Shown here: positions 40,301-51,638 of the stretch, one piece after another
Numbering within the stretch: the stretch's first letter is position 1
How the letters are laid out: every line of letters starts with the position of its first letter
DNA from: Antedon mediterranea
Lineage: Eukaryota; Animalia; Echinodermata
Reading direction: 5' to 3'
Assembly (NCBI RefSeq): GCF_964355755.1
Contig: NC_092679.1
Location: forward strand, 16,041,432 to 16,105,431
Length of the DNA: 64,000 nt
Program-made: the position numbers and the translations under genes
The notes under the pieces: generated by a model
The model's database searches: none
What the model was told of the DNA's origin: nothing
The model's input: the letters and a program-made list of their open reading frames with translations, nothing else

Positions 40301-43300
40301 ATTGTCCTTTTTGCTGTTTTTTGTAATTTTGATATGTTGCATTGTTTGTCCTTTTGCTGTTCTTTCAAAGGACCTCATTGGAAACAAGTCCGTAGAGGAC
40401 TTTTATGAGTTATCCTTGGCATCCTTGTTTTATATTGGTATTTTTATATTTGCTAATTTTAATTGTATGTCTGTGATATTTTATGTACTGATGCCGAAAT
40501 AAATCAAATCAAATCAAATCAATCTTGCTTGCCAATCATCAAGTCCTTGGTTTTGTTTTGTATAATTTAACAATATTTTCAGTGTTTTTTTTAAATTTTT
40601 ATAAATAATATTGCAAATAATAAAATGATATTGCAAATAAGATTATTTCTATCTTTAAATCCTGGTCAATATATTTAGTTGCCGCCTTTATGTTACATGT
40701 CTTCCTCACTAACATTAATGATAGAAGGCAATTACTAGCCTTAGGTCACCTCATGTGTTTCTTTCCCACAAAATGTCTTTACTTTACACCGTATCACATT
40801 TACCATTTTATTTGTAGGTATATTACTAAGGTTAAAGGTTGGTGATGATCTGCTGAGCAATCTTTATTCCTCTAATTCTGCAGAGGATTTCTTCATTTCT
40901 CTACCTTTTTCTTAATTATTTTTTCAGGACAATGGAGGATATGAGAAAGCTGGAAAGCATCAAAGAGAACTCATTCGATCAACTTCCAACATTAGACATT
41001 TTGTAAGTAAATTGATTTTTCATTGAATTTTCTATTTCATTCTTTATTTCTATTACATTAAAACCTTTATTAAGGAAAATCTGTGGGACCTCAAGCTCCG
41101 TCTACACTATCAAACTTGTTTAATAAAAAAGTGTGATGTGCTGAAATATGGTAGTGATATGCACAAATATGGTAGTGATATGCCCAAATATAGTAGTGAT
41201 ATGACATCATTTCCATATATGGCCACATCACATTTTTTTGTCAGTGCAGACAGAACTTTACAAAATTCCCTAAATAGTGGTTAGCCATATGAGTTGGCCG
41301 TACTGTTAAAATATACATAAATTGCTGTGTAATTATAATGTGTAAATTCTGAAGTTTGATTAAAATATTTGTAACATAGCGAGTACAATGCAAGTGACCA
41401 TTCATAAACAACAGTTCGGACGATCCATCATGTTTTGATTGCAGTACACTTATGTCCTTGCATTGTGTATCACCACCAAGCCGCATGTTTACAGTACTGT
41501 ATGTACTTGTTACAAATTAATTCAAGCGATTTGATAATTAATAGGGAGGTTTCGCAACCTTACGAATACGATAACGAAAACGGATACGTCATACATTTGT
41601 GAAACTTTTGAGCTGATCCCCATTTCATATTCGTAAAGCGTATTCGTGTTGACGTATATCACCAGTCATATTCGTAACTACAAAACGAGTATAGTTTTTG
41701 ATCTATTTTGCACATTTTGCATTTGAATTAGGAATGATTCATGATTATAATATAATTATAGATTTATTGAAAGTAATTTACTAAAGTAATTTACTAAAAT
41801 GCCAAGTCAATTTAGATAAATAGCAGTTTTTAAAGTTCTCACTCGCTTTGATGTTACGCAACACGAAAGCAACACGTACCTTCGCTTCGCTCAAATTTAC
41901 CGCAGTCATATTTTGTACGCGCCTCAATATTTCGTTGCCATGCGAAACAGATTTTTTTATGGCTTACGAAAACGAATATGTGTGCGTGATGTATCCGTTT
42001 TCGTTATCGTATTCGTAAGATTGCGAAACCTCTCTATTATTAAATTGTTTTACTAATTTCTCTTAAAAGACAAATTGAGAATTCCCCAAAGTTGAAGACG
42101 ATCGAAGACGGGGCATTTGGTAACCTGCCACAATTGAACCATCTGTAAGTACTTTGCATATTTTTCAAATTCTTTTCTTCCATTTCATTAAAACCATTAA
42201 ATTAAATTTTCCTTCTTTGAGAACTACTTTCAAACAGCCTTTACAGATGCATCGCATTACCTTTTTTTGTACCCTGATAACCTATTTAAATTTGTGTGCA
42301 ATTTAATTTAATTTTTAATAAATGTAGGTCAAAAGGTTGCCGATATTAGTGTATATAATGTACATGTTTATAGTATAAGCTAGCCCCCAAGGAAAAAACT
42401 GAATACTCCTGTATTTAATTTATTTATGAAGTTAAATTGAGATAGAATGCCCCCACCAGTTTAGATTAAATAATTACTGCGTTGTTTGACATCAGGCTTG
42501 TGCACTAGTTTATTTTTACCTAGAGCGGCTATTTAGCAAGTTCTATTTTTAATAATGTGTGTTTAAAAACAAGAAGAACTGTTGCCAAGAGCACAAACTT
42601 CAGTACACATTCCAGGCTATCCTTAAACTCTGTCTACACTATCAAACTATATGTGCCCAAATATGGTAGTAATATGCCCAAATATGGTAGTGATATGCCC
42701 AAATATGGTAGTGATATGCCCAAATATGGTAGTGGTATACCCAAATATGGTAGTGATATGCCCAAATACGGTACATATTTCACTTGACCAATCACAATGC
42801 ATCGCACTTTGAAACACATTAGATAAAGTTGTATCAGTCTGTCTTAAAATGCACTTGTTAATTCCATTTTCCGATCTTTCTGTTTACGTGTTTCCTGAAC
42901 AGCAAACCAAAACAGAAATTCAAATTGTAGCTAAATATTGTTCCACATAAACTGGTTTGTTTGTGATCAAGAATGGAATTAATTGAGGTCTGTTTAAGAT
43001 TGGATATTTGTTGTGTGGTGGCAAGATTTAAAACTATTTTCTTGCTCCAGAACAGATCCTGAAGTGCAGTCCTGCTTCAAGGGTTCGCTAATCTGCCAAT
43101 ACATAATCTATAAATTGAGGAATCAATTTTACTATCTGCCTAGAAGATCCATCATGATTTATCCCAAATAAAATGTATTCAACAAGTCTGATGTATCACG
43201 TATACATTATATATATTCTTGTGCATTCTTGTTAGTTTTTCTTTTGTATGTGACATACATCTAGTTTTCACAGCCAGATTTTCTGATATTTTCAGTTTAT

Positions 43301-46300
43301 CTTGAGGCCTAAATTAAGCGCTATTAGCCTATTTGTGGTTGTGTTTTGTCCAATTTTAAACTCTATATCCCTCCAAAAACAAAACACTTTACACATACCC
43401 TTTAGGCAGGTGGTTCTATAGGCCGTGTTGGTTAGCCAGACATTTGCTCTCATTTAAATCTGTCTTATTGATGGATGACATGTGTCTGTTTTCAGGCGTT
43501 TTTTGCAAGACTTCTTTCGCGACCTAATTTCTAAATCTTTCTCTATCGTTATTCAATGCAAGCCCAACTATTTATAGGAATCAATTTAGGTCATGTATTT
43601 GAATAGTTTTATTTATCTATTTAATATTCAACATTTCCATTTATTCATATTCGTTAAAGAAATTAGAAATACACACACTTCCCCAAATTCTAGTTATTAG
43701 TCTATTTTTATGTAAGTCTCCAGTTGGCATTTCAATTTTCAAAGTCTCAAAGTATTATTTGTATGAAATGCCATATGTGCCAAAATATTTTTTTTTTTTC
43801 TAAAATTAAGTCGAAAACACAGTTCAGAACCTAGACTAAGGAATAGAGTAAAAAGCAGCCAATTATAATATTCCGATAGCACTGTTTGGTATTACTGTAG
43901 TTGGTGCCGTTAGCAAAAACTTCTTCTGAAACTATAAATTAATTTAATTAGTTAATGTAAAATATAACTTTTTGTTGCAACACTCATCCCACATTGGTGA
44001 CAAAGCACCAGCAATTTTATGCATTTTTTTTCTAAACCTTGTGAAAAATGAAGAATTACATTGTAACTATAATTACTATAACTGAATGTTAAAAATTAAA
44101 TTAGGCAATCTAAATACCGCAGGGAGACCATGTGTCATTTGATTCACGTTTGTCTGTCTCACATATCTGTGACACAAATACAAAAGTAAAACAATACATA
44201 AGGACAATACTCTACAAAAAGATGATGTACAGTGCATGGTATTTATTAACAATATTTCAACCTGTGCAGGATATCGTGACCATTCTTTGCTTGTCCGTAT
44301 CACATCATCAGCTGAAAATCGACACAATAATTGCAGTTTATTAGATAATTTCACCAGATAAAACACAAAAAGCTAGCTTTTGTTTTTGGGGCAGCAGACA
44401 AATGATGGAACAATAAATTGACCAACAGTCTTATAATAATGAACGCTGTGATATTCTGGGCTTGCATAGATTATTTAAAAAATAAATTTTCGTCTGTCTA
44501 CCATCCAAAAAGAAAGCCCTAGTAATACAACTATTAATAATAAAATGTTTTTCATTTTTATTTATAGTAAAATAACACATTCTGGGTTGACGGCTGTTCC
44601 TAATTTGACAACGATTGAAGTTGGACAAACATCAAGGAAAAAAATGCTACAAACGATGTAAGTAATTAACTTGTATAGTAGCATTGCCGTAGCATACATG
44701 CCAAGACATAATTAGGTGGAGATACCTAAAGATTCAGCTGATTTATACTGTATCTACATTTTTGTAGTGTCATAGGCAAACTCTGTGATACAGCATCACT
44801 TGTGAAACACATGCAATGCTGTATCATAGACCCTAACCTAACTTTCCATGATGCAGGTACAACATAATTATGTTATTCATTACGGAATTTGCCTATGATT
44901 ACCGAAGTATTGTCATCCTAAGATAGCACTGAAAACCAGGTGACTGCTTCATCCAGTATTAGGTCTATCAAATGATTTTCTAAATAAATTCAAATAAAAT
45001 AAATATTGTTCAAAGTACCATAAAGATTGTTTAAATGCTAAAATGAAGTTATTTAAAAAAAAAAAATTTCAAGTTATTTTCTTTCTTATTTAGATCCTTC
45101 ACTCACAATGAAATTGACCATTTATCTCCATCGATGTTCTATGGCATCAAATTCAATATCTATAAGTTGTAAGTATGACATAAGTGCCTATTTACCTTGT
45201 ATATAGAATAACATAGGATTACCCAGATTATGTCATATATTATTACATAGCTTTTTGCAGACCTTGTGGATTAAAATGGGTGTATGTGTGTCATTTTAGA
45301 AATATATTCATTAATGTTTTATTTATTCTCATTTTTATATTGTAATGCACACTGACATTCAACCTTACTGATACCAACAACACAATTCAAACTTTTGTAC
45401 AAAAATGTTACATAAATGAGAATTGTTACCATAGTCGCATGATAATAGAATACTGCTTTTATAAAGATTTCATAGTATACAAATAATGAATGTTTATGAG
45501 TTGGATGGTGAGAATATTTCATGAGTTGAAAATAGAACAGTCAATTTTTCAACTCATGAAATATTCTCTCCATCAAGGAATACAAAACATTAATTATTTG
45601 TTTTATAACATGCATACTTTTATACAATTTATCCATGGTAAATCATTGACAAATGCTAGGCTTGGAAGCTAAGCCATTTAAATAGACATGGAGTAGAAAA
45701 TTATGGACGGTGCGCACAACAAGATGATTTCCGAACGTTTCGTGGCAAAAATTCTCAAGAAGTTTACAAAAACTGAACGTTTATTAGAGCATGTTCATTA
45801 TCATCGTTAGATATGACTTTTTCGTTAGATAGAACTAATTCCAAATGATACGTGAAGCGTAATTGGCGAATCAAATTTCAAGAATACAATCAGGTGTGTT
45901 ATAAAAAACACTATTATAAACTTCAGAAAAGAGGTTTGATTTTTCACAATGCTCGTTGGACTTTGAAATGCCTACAAAGAAATTTATGACTTATTTACTA
46001 CTGCAAATCATCTTCAATTTACAGCTTTATTTAACTTTCAATCACATGGCTTTTCTGAAAGAAAACAAATCATTATCTTGGGACATGTTGCACTTAATGA
46101 TTTCACAACTTTTACAACTCATTCTGGTTTTATGTTAACATAATTGTGAATTTACTGTTTGTATATCGACAATGTTACACACAATATTCTAGAGGTATCT
46201 TTGATACATGGATTGTGTAGAGAATAGAATAAAGTTTGATTTGTTTTAGTGACTGTTCAACACTACAAACAGACTTTTTCTGCCTTAAATCAATTCTTTT

Positions 46301-49300
46301 CTAGTCTACAACAAAAAGCCTTAACCTTTCAATTTTCGTCAATAATTTTCGTGTGCAAAACTAAAGGAAGAAATTTTCCAAAATTTGGGGGTTAAATTAT
46401 ACTCTGATGATTTCATTGTGGATTTACCTAGTCAATGTCTGAATTTAGCCTAAATTAGGGGGTGGGATTATACTTAAGTATGGGATGAGACATGTTAATA
46501 GTAACATTTGCTAGAATCCACATTGTTTTGCCGAGAATCAATGCCGCTAACAATTAACTTTTTAGTTTTAGTATATTTTTTTAAACAACTCGCATCAAAA
46601 AAGGTGCACATTAAATCAAATTATGTTTTAAAATTACATATCACAAATTATAATTCTTGCCTCTTGTACAAAAAATTAAGTTTTTTGGACAAGTAGTTCT
46701 TGAGAAAATTCAATTTCAGTTTACTTGTTACTTTAAGACTGCTCGCTGGCTTTTGAAAAATTCTGTCCTATCTTTTAAAGCCCCATTCCCTACGTTTTTT
46801 AGATTTAATTTAAGATCACAAACTATATTTAATGTAAAAATAATACTATATGGTCCTATTGTGATAACTTTTTTCGTCTTTAAACGGTTAAAAATGTGAA
46901 AAATAAATCGATTCTAATAATTATAGCGGCCCGCTATAAATCCCAAAATGCATTGCGCGCGGATTGATATTTTTGTTTTTCACCTGTAATTCTCCCACTT
47001 TTCGATCGATCGTGAAGCCAAAACAAATGGAAGACTCCTAACTTTTCAGCGAAAATACCGGGTTTTCCCCAATTTGTATCAACGGAGTCTGGCAAAAATA
47101 GAAAGACAATTAATGCAGCAACTATACAACGTCAGGCTAGGTATATAGCTAGCGTACGATGTTCGTACGTTATCGATGTTTACCAGCTAGGCCTACAAAA
47201 CTAAGCCTAGCTAGGCTAGGCCTAAGACCGTCCACGAGAAGTCGATCGCTGCGAGCTACTTAGGTAGTGCATTGTTTCTCACTTTTTATCATAATTTACC
47301 ATAAAACGTACATTTAAGACAAGGAATGACATGGTTTAATGTTTTTAAAGTGATATATATGTATTATTTTCCAAAAAACGTCCAAAATTGCAGGGAAGGG
47401 GTCTTTAACATTAGCAGGTCTGAAAAGTATATTAAAAAGTGGTCCAGAAGTGGGACCATGGTCCCAAATGGTCCCAGCATTTAATGGAATGGTCCTTGAC
47501 CACATATCTATCTGTATATTCATTTTGGTAAAGATTTTGTAATTAATTAAGCAGTAATCCTGCTAACAAACAAACAAATAAACAGACAAAAAACAGACAA
47601 ACAAACACACACGATCGATTACATACTTCCTTGGCAGAGGTAAATGAAAATGGTAAAACATTATACCATTATATGTTGTGTCAATCAATGTTGAAATTTA
47701 AAAGTATGGTTTGTTTGTGATTTTCTTTATCGTCGCCGAACCTGCGCCATTTAATGTCCAATCTGAAGGACATTAAAAGCTTGTTTAATTTAAAGTGTCC
47801 TGCCGAAGGACATTTAAAGCTCAGGTACAGGCATGTATTTTGAATGTAATATCTGGTTACATGTACTTAACTGCTTTAAGTTTAATTCCAATTTAATCCG
47901 AACCATAACATTCAACATTGAAACTTGGTGGTCATCATATATCACCATTTTCTATCAAATTATCGATTTATTTAGCTCATATTTCTGTTTCATATTATTG
48001 TTTGTACTAATTTTCTTAATAGAGAATTGGAGTTCAACAGAATTACTGAAATTCCAGCCTACACGTTTGGTGGCTTGACAGTTACGAACCTGTAAGTACA
48101 TCTGGGGTTGGAGAATCTGGTATGTTAAGTTCTGTCTACACTGTCACACTTACAAAAAATGCAATGTGCCCATATGGACACAATGACATCATATCACTAC
48201 CATATTTGGATTGTCAAACTACAGTAGTTTGATAGTATAGACAGAGCTTTATACTATGGTTTATAAAATACCACTGCAGGGAGCTTTCGATTTGTCCATC
48301 CATTAAGACATGCTTCCTAATTCAATTCCTCAACACACTTTTGGCAGATGCCAGTTCCAGATGACGACCAACAATAGAGTCTATTTCATGCCTATTACCT
48401 GGATGGACACGGTTCACAGACGATACCACTGTCTTGGAGGGGTGTTCTATAATTGTTACTACTTTTCTTTAAAGGGGGAAAGGCTATGTCGGTTTATCAA
48501 GGTAAACCAGCACCTATAGACTACCAGCACCATCATTGGTTTGTGTAGTATATGTAGATCCTAGTCGTCCTAAAATCAAATTCTCTCTACTTTTTTTGGC
48601 CAAGCTCAGCTATGCTGTGATCCATACAAGTAGGCTACAATATCTTTCTCCACATCCAAATCATCCTGACAATTTATTGTTTTTATAGGGATCTTTCTAA
48701 TAATCCGTTGGAAAAAGTTAATGATGACTCATTTTCTGGGATTGATGCGGATAGCCTTGATACTATGTAAGTAATTGTTGGTGTGTTATTATGTTTTCAA
48801 CAGTACATGTTTAAGGCTATGTTCACACAAGTTGCAAGGTAACATTTATCTAGTCCAATTAAGACATGGTCTGTGTTCACACATGTCTTACAAAAACCAA
48901 GCAAGTATACTAGTGACACTACAACCCTGATTTGATTGGCTATTAAAGAAAAATTGGTCAAATCGCTATCTCTTAATGTTCCTAATCAATCAGAATCAGT
49001 CAATCAGGATTGCATCATTCCAAACGGTCAGCTCCTAATATGGATGGAAATCAATCCACTAGAGTGTGAACCAGCCAAATTATGTAAATTCAGTATAAAT
49101 ATGTAAATTTAATCGAAATATTTAAATTCAATAAAAATATGTAATTTAATATAAATATGTAAATTCAATATAAATATGTAAATTAATTAAATATAAATAT
49201 GTTAATTTTATATGAATATGTAAATTCAATATAGATATGTAACTTCTATATGAATAGGCAAACAACATATTCTTCATAATCTGTTCCATAAAAACAAAGT

Positions 49301-51638
49301 TATTATGTTAAACAAAAAATGTATGGAAATTGTAATTACAATTGTTTTTGTTTTATTTGTTTACAGCGATCTAAGTTATACAAAAATTGATATGTTGCCT
49401 ATCACTGGTTTGAAGAAGATAAAGACATTAATACTCGAAGAAACGCCACGGTTAATGCAGTTCCCATCTGTATTTGTATTCGAAAACATTGAAGAAGCCA
49501 GGCTACACTATTTCAGCCACTGTTGCGCCTTCAAGTATGAAACACAGACCGACACTCCAGATGACTCCAAATATGGCAACAAAACAGACGACATTAGAGG
49601 CTGCTCGACCACTTCTGAACCGGCAAGTATCGGGTTCAGTGAACAAACAAAATCAAGAACGTCTCCTGTGTTTTATGATGGAACAACTACAATGTTTCCG
49701 GTTGATTTTGATCCATTCGATCCGTCTGGCCCATTCGATCCGTCTGGCCCATTCGATCCGTTTGCTCCTTTTGATTCAAAGCCATTGGTCCAAACTGGAC
49801 AAGGCGTAGCTCTGCGCCGTCGGTCAGTTGGACGAAGGTCAACACGGTTTCCTTTCAACAATCCTTTAGATCCTACTGAAGGAGATACAAAATCACATTT
49901 TTTATCTTCAATTCTAAATTTCAATGATTCCAATATTGTTGTTAATGCTAACAGTCAATCCGCCGGCTCATCTTTTGGTTTTGAACCACTACCAATAAAC
50001 CCAAATACAACCCACAACCATATTGGTAGCAAATGTAATGAACTTGCTAAAAAAAATTACAGTCAGGTGATTTGTTCTCCTATGCCTAATGCATTTAACC
50101 CCTGCTCAGATGTCATGGGGTACGTATTCCTACGTGTTCTTGTCTGGGGAGTCGCAATGACCGCTCTCGTTGGTAACTTGGTTGTGGTAATGGTGCTTCT
50201 GTCCAATAGAAGTAAGATGTCGGTGCCAAAGTTTCTGATGACCAACTTAGCATTTGCAGATTTTTGTATGGGGTTGTATTTACTGATGTTAGCTTCTGTG
50301 GATGCGCACACGATTGGTGAATATTACAACTACGCTATCAATTGGCAATGGGGAGCAGGATGCCGTATTGCTGGATTCTTTTCGCTGTTCTCTAGTGAGC
50401 TTTCCGTCTTCACTCTGTCAGTCATGACTATAGAACGATGGTATACTATAATTTATGCAATAAACCTCAACAAACGTATTCGATTGCATCATGCTAGTCG
50501 TATCATGGTAGGTGGTTGGCTCTTTGCGATTCTGATGGCCTCATTTCCATTATTCGGCATCAGCAGTTATGGAACCACCAGCATCTGTTTGCCATATGAT
50601 AACGGTACTGTGCCAAGTATTGTGTACCTGACGCTGCTGCTCACGATGAACGGCATAGCGTTCGTATTGATATGTGGATGTTACATTATGATGTACTTAA
50701 CAGTACACAGTCCATCTAACACAATCACTCATCGTAAAGACATGAAGGTTGCAAAACGCATGGCAGTCCTCGTCTTCACCGACTTCGCTTGCTGGGCTCC
50801 GATAGCTTTCTTTGGAATGACCGCATTGTTCGGAAAAGTTCTTCTGACTACTGATGAATCAAAGATTCTCATTGTCCTATTTTACCCAATTAATTCTTGC
50901 GCTAACCCATTTCTGTACGCCATTTTCACAAAAACGTTCCGTCGTGACTGCATCCTGCTACTTGCACGTCATGGACTTTGTGAAAGAAAAGCACTCAAGT
51001 ACAAGGCGACTATCAGTGGTTTTCGTTCAATGTCGCAGTCAGCAACCATGCGTGAGCAGTTTGGTAAACAGTGGCATCGTGATTCAGCCGGATCTGTCAT
51101 GACTCAAAACACATGTTTGAATGACAACAGGCCATCTGTTGCATTTTCAGAGCGTGACTTTGCGTTAGATAGCCCCAAGCCAACTCCACGTTCAACACCT
51201 GTTACATCGCCCGTGGTATCTTTAAAAGATTTCGTGGAGACTATCAAACCTGGGAAATCAAAGCAACGCAGCGCTAGCATTGGATCTAACTCATCCGCTA
51301 AACATGTAGAAGTTTCTCGTAAATTAAGTGCTGTACCAGAAAAAGCGACTGACGATAAAACCCAGCTGGAAATCGTTAAATGCTCCCCTAGAAAAGATTC
51401 TCGTCTAAACGGTATGATTGAAAATGTGAAACAAAAACAAGAAGAAGCTGTGGAAGATTATTCAACAAATGTAAATAATAATTACGAGAATGTTGAAGTT
51501 GAAACGCATCGAGACAATGAAGTTGATGAGGAGGACGGAGACAAAGAAACTGAGAAGAATGAGCCCTCAGTAACCGAAAAACCAAAGTTGGTAATTGTAG
51601 GCCTATGTAATGTTGAAGACAGAGAAACAGTTTTATAA
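37297..51638 (+). CDS. Glycoprotein-hormone receptor / type-A LGR (TSHR/FSHR/LHCGR-like, probable GPA2/GPB5 receptor); join(37297-37368,40928-41002,42070-42144,44568-44657,45094-45168,48023-48091,48689-48766,49367-51638); exon 1 not found
   Basis: All exons are AG/GT-bounded, phase 2, and splice into one open frame of LRRs. The terminal exon has YFSHCCAF, FNPCSDVMGY, ERW, MAVLVFTDFACWAPIAFF and NSCANPFLYAIFTK. Confidence 0.95.
38171..38529. mobile_element. Harbinger-like MITE
   Basis: TAA|GGGTATGTTCAGATCCATGGAGTTATGCTTT ... AAAGCATAACTCCGTAGGTCTGAACAGGCCC|TAA. Confidence 0.8.
39990..40522 (+). mobile_element. 3' fragment of Crack/L2/CR1-group LINE
   Basis: HNHNTRG...FFYNAIKEWNNLPINIKE...FKSKVKKYL C-terminal motif, a 3' UTR stem-loop, AATAAA and an (AAATC)n tail. 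Confidence 0.8.
40928..41002 (+). CDS. LGR LRR exon (75 bp): TMEDMRKLESIKENSFDQLPTLDI
   Basis: ttttcAG / GTaagt boundaries; LRR consensus. Confidence 0.9.
41094..41257. mobile_element. MITE family A copy
   Basis: TIRs plus three internal 21-bp units. Confidence 0.8.
41543..42035. mobile_element. MITE family B copy (inverted relative to 21384-21891)
   Basis: AT|AGGGAGGTTTCGCAA ... TTGCGAAACCTCTCT|AT; possible AT TSD. Confidence 0.9.
42070..42144 (+). CDS. LGR LRR exon (75 bp): QIENSPKLKTIEDGAFGNLPQLNH
   Basis: AG / GTaagt boundaries; LRR consensus. Confidence 0.9.
42626..42785. repeat. Truncated MITE family A with expanded 21-bp tandem (GCCCAAATATGGTAGTGATAT, ~6 copies)
   Basis: Left TIR followed by tandem units. 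This explains the spurious MPKYGSD ORF. Confidence 0.85.
44568..44657 (+). CDS. LGR LRR exon (90 bp): KITHSGLTAVPNLTTIEVGQTSRKKMLQT
   Basis: tttatAG / GTaagt boundaries. Resembles the irregular GPHR LRR (TGL..FPDLT). Confidence 0.85.
45094..45168 (+). CDS. LGR LRR exon (75 bp): SFTHNEIDHLSPSMFYGIKFNIYK
   Basis: atttAG / GTaagt boundaries; LRR consensus. Confidence 0.88.
46779..47404. mobile_element. Kolobok-like element (TTAA TSD)
   Basis: TTAA|AGCCCCATTCCCTAC ... GCAGGGAAGGGGTCT|TTAA. End fragments of the same family occur at ~33215-33312 and ~39900-39948. Confidence 0.7.
47409..47644 (-). mobile_element. End of Helentron/DINE-like non-autonomous element
   Basis: (AAAC/AGAC)n microsatellite then CTTCCTTGGCAGAGGTAA. 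AGTAATCCTGCTAACAAA matches the reverse complement of 53315-53332. Confidence 0.55.
48023..48091 (+). CDS. LGR LRR exon (69 bp): ELEFNRITEIPAYTFGGLTVTN
   Basis: ttaatAG / GTaagt boundaries; LRR consensus. Confidence 0.9.
48128..48248. mobile_element. MITE family A copy
   Basis: TIRs with TTA flanks. Confidence 0.75.
48689..48766 (+). CDS. LGR LRR exon (78 bp): DLSNNPLEKVNDDSFSGIDADSLDT
   Basis: tttatAG / GTaagt boundaries; LRR consensus. Confidence 0.9.
48815..49076. mobile_element. Harbinger-like MITE
   Basis: TAA|GGCTATGTTCACAC ... GTGTGAACCAGCC. Confidence 0.6.
49078..49255. repeat. AT-rich ~20 bp tandem repeat (AATATAAATATGTAAATTC-like)
   Basis: About 8 degenerate copies in the last LGR intron. 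Confidence 0.75.
49367..51638 (+). CDS. LGR terminal exon: last LRRs, hinge, 7TM, C-tail
   Basis: Acceptor tttacAG at 49366 and stop TAA at 51636-51638. The ORF-track start at 49305 is intronic. Confidence 0.95.

Noticed and set aside
42557-42819. MPKYGSD / LPYLGIS repeat ORFs
   Set aside because: Translations of the 21-bp MITE-internal tandem repeat.
49474-51585. Overlapping ORFs within the receptor terminal exon
   Set aside because: Alternative-frame shadows with no motifs.
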